A stretch of DNA of 64,000 bases from Tepidisphaeraceae bacterium (GTDB lineage: Bacteria > Planctomycetota > Phycisphaerae > Tepidisphaerales > Tepidisphaeraceae). A model generated the notes under the pieces. That model was not told where the DNA came from, did not search any database, and saw only the letters and a list, made by a program, of their open reading frames with translations. The stretch is taken from assembly GCA_050012375.1 (NCBI GenBank), contig JBEKHH010000012.1:27881-91880 (forward strand), written 5' to 3'. The translations under genes and the position numbers were made by a program. Positions 48,190 through 55,862 of this stretch are shown here, piece by piece; the first letter of the stretch is position 1, and every line of letters begins with the position of its first letter.

Positions 48190-48785
48190 AATCCAACTCA
48201 TCCAAGCTCGCAATCGCGGGCGCGGCAATTCTTTTGGCAACCCGGATCGCGGAGGCTCATCCAGGCCACGCCGGCCATGGCGGCCTCACCGCCGGATTTG
48301 CCCATCCGTTTTCCGGCATCGACCATATCCTGGCGATGATCGCCGTCGGCTTGCTGGCGGCGCAGATCGGCGGGCGGGCGATGTGGATGCTTCCCCTCAC
48401 TTTCGTCACCTTGATGACCGGCGGCGGTCTTCTGAACCTCGCGGGCGTGCGCGTTCCCTGGGTCGAGCAGGGCATCATGGCTTCGGTCCTGGTGCTCGGA
48501 CTGATGATCGCAATCGCCGCAAGAATGCCGATCGTGATGCCCCTGTTTCTCATTGGTCTTTTCGCCGTCTTTCACGGCTATGCCCATGTCGCCGAAATGC
48601 GCACCGGCGCCTCCCCGGCCGGCTATGCGCTGGGCTTTATCGCAGCGACAACGGCATTGCACGGAATCGGAATCGCTTTGGACCTGGCCGCGCGCCAGCT
48701 TGGCTCAAGGCAACTCGTGCGCTACGCCGGCGCCGCAATCGCCGTGTGTGGTCTGCTTTTGTTCATGGGCCTGATAACGGCGTGA
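48186..48785 (+). CDS. hupE: HupE/UreJ-family nickel permease
   Basis: ATGA overlap with hypB. A signal peptide is followed by HPGHAGHGG, and the FHGYAH motif is present. Confidence 0.85.
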   Translation: MKSNSSKLAIAGAAILLATRIAEAHPGHAGHGGLTAGFAHPFSGIDHILAMIAVGLLAAQIGGRAMWMLPLTFVTLMTGGGLLNLAGVRVPWVEQGIMASVLVLGLMIAIAARMPIVMPLFLIGLFAVFHGYAHVAEMRTGASPAGYALGFIAATTALHGIGIALDLAARQLGSRQLVRYAGAAIAVCGLLLFMGLITA

Positions 48786-48858
48786 TGCTCGGGTGTGGAA
48801 AGAGCATGATGCGGTTTAAGATGAAAACTGCCTGCCGCTTGCGAACAGGAGACGGAAT

Positions 48859-49368
48859 ATGTCGAACATCACAATGCCAAATGGCGGAACGCCTTCCCAA
48901 TCAACCTCGTCGGTGAAGCTGGCGCTACGATGGGCCTGGCTATGCTGGGCGGTCCTGCTGGTTATCCCGTTCCTGCTTCTCCAATGGGTCATTTGGCGCC
49001 TGCACACTGGGGAAGTCGGCCGCTCACACGCCGACGCCGCAAAATGGTTTGTGGCCGCGATGGCCTATCTTCTCCTTATTTTGCCCGGCTCATTTTTTTG
49101 GCGCGGGCGCCTCTTCAGGAACTATTGGCTCGGTCGCCCCGTTGCACCGCATAAATATGTTGTGGCGACAGTCTCTATCGGGCTGGCGTTGGCCTTGGGA
49201 GGAGTTTTTAGCCTGATCGGGTGTCTTGAAACCCGTTCGTTCATGCCGAATTTGATTCCCGCGCTGCTATCGCTCCTGCTGTTTGGGCTCCATTGGCCCA
49301 CGGGGCGGGCGATGGTGCGGCCGGTAGGCCACCTGGAAGACCCGCAAATATATGAGGAGCCTCGGTGA
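48859..49368 (+). CDS. hypothetical four-helix membrane protein
   Basis: 169-aa ORF with four hydrophobic segments. No family recognised. Confidence 0.5.
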   Translation: MSNITMPNGGTPSQSTSSVKLALRWAWLCWAVLLVIPFLLLQWVIWRLHTGEVGRSHADAAKWFVAAMAYLLLILPGSFFWRGRLFRNYWLGRPVAPHKYVVATVSIGLALALGGVFSLIGCLETRSFMPNLIPALLSLLLFGLHWPTGRAMVRPVGHLEDPQIYEEPR

Positions 49369-49384
49369 CATCAACGCCGCGCCG

Positions 49385-50824
49385 TCACGACGGTAATGCT
49401 GACGCACTACTCAAGAGTTTCTCAACCCCGCAATCGGCCGCAACAGGATCCAAGGCGCTCCATGCTTCGCCGCGCGACAGGTCAAGATCTTTCAGCTTTT
49501 TCCGGTCGGCGCTGTAATTGCGCCGGTAGGACAGGCTGGCGACGAGCATTGTGAGCGGGCTTCGCCAACGCCGCAGGTTGCCCAACACCCTTCGCAGGAT
49601 CCGCCACGGTGAATAGAACCTTCGCCACGATTCATCCATCTCCGCCAGCATCTGGCTCCAGGAGAAATTCTGAAATCGCGCCACAGGGAAGCTCAGCGTG
49701 TAATAGCGCCAATCCCGCGGGAACAAATTGGCCGTGATGCGACCCTGGTGGTGCATCTTCTCCCATAGCCGAGTCCCGGGCAGAGGGGTGAGGAATATGG
49801 GATTCAGCAGATCGATGGCATACCGGCCGGCGGCCTTGGCGATGCGCTTGCCCACGCCGGGCGTGTCGCTATCCAATCCCATGATGAACGATCCGACCAC
49901 CAATATGCCGTGCCGGTGGATGCGGGCCACGCTGGCGCGGAGATCACCCCCCTTGAGGATATTGTATTGCTTACCGAGTTCGGCCAGCCCCTCGTCGGAG
50001 AGTGATTCGAAGCCGATGAAGGCGCCGACGCAGCCGGAGCGCGCAGCCAATTCCAGGAGTTCCTCGTCATCGCCGAAGTTGATCGTGGTTTGACAGATCC
50101 ACTTCTTACCCAGCTTTGCGGCGATCATCGCGCGGAAAAGGTCCTTGGCTCGGGCGAGGTGTTCCCGACGCGTGCCGATGAGGTTGTCATCCACGATCAG
50201 GACCAGACGCTCTCGGATCAGACCAAACTCGCGCACCACCGCCTCGACAGGGCGATGACGGTATCCCTGCCCATTGAAAGCCGACACGCTGCAAAAATGG
50301 CAATTCAACGGGCAACCGCGCGTCGTCTGGATCGAACCAAAGGCGTAGCCCTGGCTCAGGAGATCGTGCCGAGCCGGCGGCACGGACTCCAAATCGACCA
50401 ATCTCCCTTCATAGAGCTGGCGCAGCGCGCCTCGCTGGGCGTCGGCGAGCACGGTGGGCCAGATCGCTTCGGCCTCGCCTTTGACCACGGCATCCACTAC
50501 CGCCAACGCCTCTGCGGTACACATCGAGGCATGAATGCCTCCCATGACCACGGGCACGCCGAACCTGCGGAAGACTGCCGCGATTTCATACGCACGCGGC
50601 GCCTGTGAAGTGAAAGCCGTGATGCCGACGAGGTCCGGCCGGGGCATGCGCGAGTAATCAGGCACCCCCAGGTTCTCATCAATGATGGTTACTTCCCATT
50701 CCGCGGGCGTCAGGGCCGCGATGGTCATCAATCCGAGCGGCTTCCATACCCGGTACCTCCGCCAGCGGCTCGGTTGAGACATACTGACCAGCGGATTGCA
50801 GGGGTTAATGAGACATAAACGCAT
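49385..50824 (-). CDS. B12-binding-domain radical SAM protein
   Basis: N-terminal Rossmann-like B12-type domain and the radical SAM motif TTRGCPLNCHFCS. The C-terminal region resembles the DUF4070-type tail. Confidence 0.8.
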   Translation of the reverse strand: MRLCLINPCNPLVSMSQPSRWRRYRVWKPLGLMTIAALTPAEWEVTIIDENLGVPDYSRMPRPDLVGITAFTSQAPRAYEIAAVFRRFGVPVVMGGIHASMCTAEALAVVDAVVKGEAEAIWPTVLADAQRGALRQLYEGRLVDLESVPPARHDLLSQGYAFGSIQTTRGCPLNCHFCSVSAFNGQGYRHRPVEAVVREFGLIRERLVLIVDDNLIGTRREHLARAKDLFRAMIAAKLGKKWICQTTINFGDDEELLELAARSGCVGAFIGFESLSDEGLAELGKQYNILKGGDLRASVARIHRHGILVVGSFIMGLDSDTPGVGKRIAKAAGRYAIDLLNPIFLTPLPGTRLWEKMHHQGRITANLFPRDWRYYTLSFPVARFQNFSWSQMLAEMDESWRRFYSPWRILRRVLGNLRRWRSPLTMLVASLSYRRNYSADRKKLKDLDLSRGEAWSALDPVAADCGVEKLLSSASALPS

Positions 50825-51086
50825 GCCGGCAATCCTTCCCAGGCGACCGACTTCCGCCGCCAACCATGCCAAGCCGCCAGCACCGCGTGCGGCGTGGGGC
50901 TTGCCGTCAATTTGTATTTTACGACTTAGAGCTTCTAAAGATAGCTGAGAACGCGTCGCCTGCCTACACTGAGCCTGCCGAAATGCGACGCGCGCGTGCG
51001 AAATGATAGCCGAAATCGATCGGAAACAGTATCATAACCTCCGGTTATTTATCGCAGCCTGCGTCGATCCACGATCACGGCCGTCC

Positions 51087-51707
51087 TTAGTCCGCCCCTG
51101 AATGATGCGTAATCGGAGAGCCACATTCCGCCTGCACGGCTGACTCAGTTGCCGGCAACACATCCTCGCACCGAGTGCGTGAACCCGCTCGAGGGGTTCG
51201 GCTCGCAGGTCGAGGCGATTTTGCGATAAACGGAACGCTGCCCGCTTCCGCCGCGACGTCGACAATGCGCGGCTTCACCAACCTGCTGTAGTCCGAATAT
51301 TGAATTACAATGATGTCCCGGTGAGTCCCGGCGTTAAAGGCAAACTGTTCCCCATTGGTCATTTGTCGGTCCAAAAACGTCTCCAGCCCGAAGAGATTGC
51401 CAAACGGCGGCACGGTTCCGACTTGGCAGTCGCTGAATCGGTCGCGGAAATCGGCTTCTTCCGCGAGCCGTGCATCGAGGGTCCCGGTCTCGCGCCGCAA
51501 CTTTGCCAAATCCACAACCTTGGTCGCAGGCACCACCACGATCGCCAACTTGCCATCCAGCCACACGACCACCACTTTGGCCATGCACCGGCCGGGGACG
51601 TGGGATGATTCAGCAACTTCCTGAGCCGTGTACGCACAGGTGTGATTGATCGAACTATACGGGATTTTGTTACCGATGAGGAATTCGCGAATCCTACGGG
51701 TTGCCAT
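51087..51707 (-). CDS. YbaK/EbsC-like aminoacyl-tRNA deacylase-domain protein with low-complexity tail
   Basis: Core ..MAKVVVVWLDGKLAIVVVPA..VGTVPPFGNLFG..AFNAGTH.. The last 50 aa or so are Pro/Arg/Ser-rich and may not be native. Confidence 0.65.
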   Translation of the reverse strand: MATRRIREFLIGNKIPYSSINHTCAYTAQEVAESSHVPGRCMAKVVVVWLDGKLAIVVVPATKVVDLAKLRRETGTLDARLAEEADFRDRFSDCQVGTVPPFGNLFGLETFLDRQMTNGEQFAFNAGTHRDIIVIQYSDYSRLVKPRIVDVAAEAGSVPFIAKSPRPASRTPRAGSRTRCEDVLPATESAVQAECGSPITHHSGAD

Positions 51708-51895
51708 AAGAACTCCTTGCTACCCTATATATATTATTGGCCAGCGGGCCATATGGCTCTATCGGAAAGTTCACTGGTTTGTCCTTAGGTGCTACTTCCT
51801 ATGCCGTAGGCCGCGGCCGGCATCGCGGCAACGCCCGGAAGTCCTATACTTGTTCGCGTTGAATCTCGGAAGAATCTGCAACAGAGAGGTAAACC

Positions 51896-52363
51896 ATGTC
51901 TCACATTCTGGCTCCCGGAACGCCGGCTCCCGACTTCGCCCTCCATGTCACTCCCGATCAAAAGCTGTCCCTCAGTGAACTGCGCGGCAAGCCGGTGATT
52001 CTTGCCTTCTATCCCGCCGACTGGAGTCCGGTGTGCGGCGACCAGATGGCCCTGTACAACGAAGTCCTTTCAGAGTTTAAGAAGCACGGAGCGGAACTGC
52101 TTGGCATTTCGGTTGATGGGGTCTGGTGTCACGAAGAGTTCGCAAAACACCGCCACCTGCATTTCCCGCTGCTGGCTGATTTCGAGCCCAAGGGGGAGGT
52201 CGCCAGGAAATACGGCGCGTACCGGCATGACGACGGGTTTTGCGAACGGGCTCTGTTTGTGATCGACGGCAATGGGACGATCCGATGGAGTTACTGTTCG
52301 CCGGTTGCCGTCAATCCCGGCGCCGACGGCATTCTCCAGGCGCTGGAGGAACTTCCAAAATAG
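51896..52363 (+). CDS. peroxiredoxin (AhpC/TSA, Bcp-like)
   Basis: FYPADWSPVCGDQ peroxidatic Cys motif. Confidence 0.9.
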   Translation: MSHILAPGTPAPDFALHVTPDQKLSLSELRGKPVILAFYPADWSPVCGDQMALYNEVLSEFKKHGAELLGISVDGVWCHEEFAKHRHLHFPLLADFEPKGEVARKYGAYRHDDGFCERALFVIDGNGTIRWSYCSPVAVNPGADGILQALEELPK

Positions 52364-52373
52364 TGGAGGATTC

Positions 52374-52898
52374 ATGGCCCTATTGAAAGTGCCCATCACG
52401 CCGGATGATCACATCCAGGGTGATGAAGATGCCCCGCTCAAGCTGGTCGAATACGGCGACTACGAGTGTCCGCACTGCGGACGTGCCCACCCGATCGTCA
52501 AACGTGTGCGGAAGCATTTCGGCCAGCGGCTCATGTTTGTGTTTCGGAACTTCCCGTTAAAGGAAATGCACCCCAACGCCGAAACCGCGGCGGAGTCTGC
52601 CGAATTCGCCGCGGCGCTGGGGCGCTTCTGGGAAATGCACGATGCCATCTACGAAAACCAGGCTGCTTTAGGGCTGCCTCTTCTGCTCGAACTGGCAGAA
52701 ACGCTGCGCCTATCCGTGCCGGACCTCAGTAACGCACTGAAGGGCGGCCAATATGCTTCGAGAGTCCGGGCCGACTTCCTCGGCGGCGTGCGCAGCGGGG
52801 TCAATGGCACTCCGACGTTTTTCATAAATGGACGCCGGCACGATGGACCGTTCGAGTTTGAGGACCTCGTCGCGGCCATAGCGGCTGGCGACAAATGA
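52374..52898 (+). CDS. DsbA-family thioredoxin-fold protein
   Basis: YECPHCG CxxC motif and GTPTFFING near the C-terminus. No obvious signal peptide. Confidence 0.8.
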   Translation: MALLKVPITPDDHIQGDEDAPLKLVEYGDYECPHCGRAHPIVKRVRKHFGQRLMFVFRNFPLKEMHPNAETAAESAEFAAALGRFWEMHDAIYENQAALGLPLLLELAETLRLSVPDLSNALKGGQYASRVRADFLGGVRSGVNGTPTFFINGRRHDGPFEFEDLVAAIAAGDK

Positions 52899-52933
52899 GC
52901 CGCTGACGAGTCCCTGATTGAAAAGGAATCCCG

Positions 52934-53896
52934 ATGCGCGCCGTCGTCATTCGCCAGTTTGGTGACCCCAGCCAACTGAACGTCGAACAGGTCCCGACAC
53001 CCGAACCGCGCGGCGACGAAGTGCTCGTCGCGGTCAAGGCGGCGTCCATCAATCCGAGCGACGTGAAGAATGTCGCCGGCGCCATGCATGGCACGACGCT
53101 CCCCCGAATCCCCGGCCGCGATTTTGCCGGGATCGTCGCCCGTGGGCCCGGCGATCTCGTCGGCCGCGAAATCTGGGGCACCGGCGGTGACATCGGCTTT
53201 TCGCGCGATGGCTCGCATGCACAGTACATGCTCCTGCCAAGGGCGGCCGTAATCCCCAAGCCCGAATCCCTATCGATGGAGGCCGCCGGTTCCGCCGGAC
53301 TGACCTTCGTCACCGCGTGGTCGGCCATGGTGACGGCCGCCGGAGTGTCTTCCGGCGAAACAGCCGTCATCATCGGCGCCGCCGGCGGGGTGGGTTCCGC
53401 GGCGGTTCAAATCGCCATATCCCGCGGGGCGCGCGTCATCGGTGTTGTGCGCTCGGACAATGATCTCTCATCGGCCCGCCAAAGCGGCGCCGCCGAAGTG
53501 ATTAACGCTCGCTCGGCAAACATCGTGGATGCCGTCATGTCAATCACGAACCGTCGCGGAGCCGGCGTGGTCTTCGACACCAGCGGCATGATGTTCGCCG
53601 AGGCCGTTGAGATCGCGGCAATGGATGGGCGAATCCCGATCATCGCCGCCCCACCCGACGGAAAATCGAACTTCAACCTCCGCAGCCTGTATCGCAAAAC
53701 GCAGCGCATTCTTGGCGTCGATACCCGCCGTCTGGATGGCGTCGCCTCCGCAAAACTGCTTGCACAGATGTCGGGCGACTTCGCCTCCGGACGCTTCACA
53801 GCGAAACCGTGCCAGTCCTATCCTCTTACCGCAGCGGTCGCAGCGTATGAGCAAGCCGCCCGTGGCGGACGAATCATTCTGCGGCCGGATCTTTAG
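52934..53896 (+). CDS. zinc-independent MDR-family NADPH:quinone oxidoreductase-like dehydrogenase
   Basis: MRAVVIRQFGDP.., GDEVLV, and Rossmann motif IGAAGGVGSAAVQIA. Confidence 0.85.
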   Translation: MRAVVIRQFGDPSQLNVEQVPTPEPRGDEVLVAVKAASINPSDVKNVAGAMHGTTLPRIPGRDFAGIVARGPGDLVGREIWGTGGDIGFSRDGSHAQYMLLPRAAVIPKPESLSMEAAGSAGLTFVTAWSAMVTAAGVSSGETAVIIGAAGGVGSAAVQIAISRGARVIGVVRSDNDLSSARQSGAAEVINARSANIVDAVMSITNRRGAGVVFDTSGMMFAEAVEIAAMDGRIPIIAAPPDGKSNFNLRSLYRKTQRILGVDTRRLDGVASAKLLAQMSGDFASGRFTAKPCQSYPLTAAVAAYEQAARGGRIILRPDL

Positions 53897-53922
53897 CCGG
53901 CCTATGGTAAGGACGAAGCAGA

Positions 53923-54398
53923 TCAGGCCACAACAAACGACTCCCGCGCCTTGGCCAGCAACTCCTCTTCGGTGAGATGGTGTTCGTCCACGACGATCGA
54001 GCCGATAACTCGCTTCGCTATATCCGGGTGATGGCGCTTCAACTCGGCGAGCAATTGCTCCATTGCTATGCTGGCGCCGCTGCCGGCGCCGAACATCAGA
54101 ATCTGTTGGGCGCCGTGCAGCGCCTTGACCAGATGCTGTTCCGCCGCAGTCAAAAAACGCAGCAAAGTCGGACGACCACCAGCTCATCGATCAGGTGAGC
54201 GTAAACGTATTTGGGGCCCCGGCTCATGTATTCCTGTTCGAAGCGGCCCATGCCCTCCGAAATAGCATTCTCGATTTCGCCCTGCGTTTTCAAGGATCGA
54301 CTGACGCCGAGATCGTCCGCGATCTCCACACGTATCAACCCCGACTGGTCACAGGTCCGCAAAATCCGTTCACGCAAATCCAAGGAGTAGGCTTCCAT
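53923..54398 (-). pseudogene. MpsC/DUF2294-family gene split by a frameshift in an A6/T6 run, with an IS630-type HTH remnant as N-terminus
   Basis: ORFs 54150..54398 and 53923..54165 together align with the paralogue at 54521..55057 (KTQGEIE.A..EGM.RF..E.M.RGP....H.I..L.V.RL / LTAAEQ.LVK). Adding one T at 54152..54157 restores the frame. Confidence 0.6.
54294..54398 (-). mobile_element. 35-codon remnant of an IS630/Tc1-family transposase N-terminal HTH
   Basis: MEAYSLDLRERILRTCDQSGLIRVEIADDLGVSRS matches the characteristic (M)AYSLDLRER... start of IS630-family transposases. Nothing else of the element remains. Confidence 0.5.
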
Positions 54399-54520
54399 GC
54401 CACACCTCCGTCCCCATCATACCGCGCGATTCGTGTGTACACTGATAGGCAATCCGCCCTACTCGTGCCGCTTCACACTCTCAATTCTCGCAGTTCGTGG
54501 CCCATGCTCGGCGCGAGGGG

Positions 54521-55057
54521 TCACGCCTGCAACTCGTTGGGGCGCATGACATCCGAGGCGATGATGTCATGGGTTCCCCGATGGCCTCCGTTGTCATGTT
54601 GTGTTTCCGGCGTTGAAGTGTCGCGCGTTCCGTAATGGCCAAAACGCCTGTGCAACTGACTGTCCGATTCAGAAGCCTGTCTCTTCTTCGTTTCGCGGAA
54701 CAGGGGTGACTCGGACAGCGTGAACAGCACGACCTCTTCGCCGGTCTCCGTACTGATATCGTGGTGCAGACTCACCACTTCCACGCCCGTGATCTCGTGG
54801 ATCATCTCTTGCATCAGAGGCCCGGCGGTTTCGACGAGATGGGCACGCACTTGCTTGACCAAGTCTCTGCCCTTATCCGTTGATTGCGACTTGACCAACC
54901 GCTGTTCCGCCGCTGTCAAGACCCCTTTGAGACGAATAACAAGCAGATCGTTGATCAAATGCCCGTGAACGTCCCTTGGCCCCCGGCCCATGTGTTCCAC
55001 CTGAAAGCGGCTCATGCCCTCACAAACGGCGGCTTCGATTTCGCCCTGCGTCTTCAT
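54521..55057 (-). CDS. MpsC/DUF2294-family protein with disordered C-terminal tail
   Basis: MKTQGEIEAAVCEGMSRFQVEHMGRGPRDVHGHLINDLLVIRLKGVLTAAEQRLVK...ITGVEVVSLHHDISTETGEEV is the pattern I know for DUF2294 (NCBI name Na-translocating system protein MpsC family). Confidence 0.75.
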   Translation of the reverse strand: MKTQGEIEAAVCEGMSRFQVEHMGRGPRDVHGHLINDLLVIRLKGVLTAAEQRLVKSQSTDKGRDLVKQVRAHLVETAGPLMQEMIHEITGVEVVSLHHDISTETGEEVVLFTLSESPLFRETKKRQASESDSQLHRRFGHYGTRDTSTPETQHDNGGHRGTHDIIASDVMRPNELQA

Positions 55058-55139
55058 CGTGACCTCTCACGGAATAACACAGCGCAACGGAGCGTGCGGC
55101 GGCGCGACTACATTTGTATAATACTTTTTTTTCCGCGAT

Positions 55140-55174
55140 TTGCCACTTGCATTGCGCAATTTAATGTCTATGCT
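55140..55174 (+). promoter_or_regulatory. candidate sigma-70-like promoters for the DUF2294 leader
   Basis: TTGCAT (55147..55152), 16 nt, TATGCT (55169..55174). An overlapping alternative is TTGCCA (55140) with TAATGT (55162). A TATAAT also occurs at 55117..55122. All lie in the AT-rich divergent spacer and are sequence matches only. Confidence 0.3.
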
Positions 55175-55229
55175 AAATTACGAACGTGGCGTTAAAGTGA
55201 ATACTTTGTACGCTCCGCGAGATAAAAAT

Positions 55230-55349
55230 AGTCATCGGATGACTAATTGAAGGGCAGGCCGGCAATGCCGGACGGCCCGTTGGCGAGTAAGCCGATGCGA
55301 TTGAACGCCTCTTCAGGGTGTTCAACCGCATCGGCTTTTTTTTATTTTT
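55230..55349 (+). ncRNA. structured 5' leader (candidate riboswitch/attenuator or sRNA) ending in an intrinsic terminator
   Basis: Palindrome AGTCATC-g-GATGACT (55230..55244). Hairpin GGGC-agg-CCGGC-aat-GCCGG-acg-GCCC (55252..55278). An 18-bp stem with one mismatch, AAGCCGATGCGATTGAAC / GTTCAACCGCATCGGCTT (55289..55337), is followed by T8-A-T5. There is no upstream plus-strand gene to terminate. Confidence 0.55.
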
Positions 55350-55361
55350 GGGGTGTTAGCC

Positions 55362-55799
55362 ATGTCAACCGTAGGAACAGCCAAAATAATCAAGGCCAGC
55401 ATATCCACGGCGCAGCGGATCGCCGAGGCGGCTATTGCTTTCCAGAAGGTGCGGACGGGCCACACCCCGAAGTCTGCGACGGTAGTGCTCAGCGAGGACA
55501 CGCTCGTGATCACGCTGCACGGGGCCTTGTCGCAGGCCGAGCAAGCGTTGGCCCAGGAGAGCGCGCAAGGGGCGGCTCAGGTGCAGGAATTTCATCGGCA
55601 GTTGTTCGGCAACGCCGTCGGATCGCTGCGAAAAGAGATCAAGAAAATCACCGGCGTGGCGGTGCGCGAAGCCGTCGCGGACGTCGAGCCCGCCACCGGC
55701 ACCGTGGTGCAGGCATTCACCACCGGCTCGATGGTGCAGGTCTTTCTGCTCGCCAAGACCGTCCCTGCCGCCACATGGACCCAAGACAGCGCGTTATGA
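55362..55799 (+). CDS. MpsC/DUF2294-family protein (divergent paralogue)
   Basis: ATG 55362 (a GTG at 55353 is also open). The pattern ..AIAFQKVRTGHTPKSATVVLSEDTLVITLHGALSQAEQALA...VQEFHRQLF...ITGVAVREA.. matches the DUF2294 layout. Confidence 0.7.
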   Translation: MSTVGTAKIIKASISTAQRIAEAAIAFQKVRTGHTPKSATVVLSEDTLVITLHGALSQAEQALAQESAQGAAQVQEFHRQLFGNAVGSLRKEIKKITGVAVREAVADVEPATGTVVQAFTTGSMVQVFLLAKTVPAATWTQDSAL

Positions 55800-55862
55800 G
55801 AATGGAGGCCCTGTCATGCGTAAAGGGGGCTCACCAGGCACGCCAATGGTCGTTTCCCAGGG

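Noticed and set aside
55230-55349. Assigning the DUF2294 leader to a known riboswitch class (c-di-GMP GEMM, guanidine I-III, fluoride, ZTP, TPP, cobalamin, Mn, NiCo)
   Set aside because: The only resemblance is a CCGGACG heptamer, which also begins a guanidine-III sequence I remember. The other conserved nucleotides and the pseudoknot partners are absent. No other class consensus I can recall fits, so it is left unclassified.
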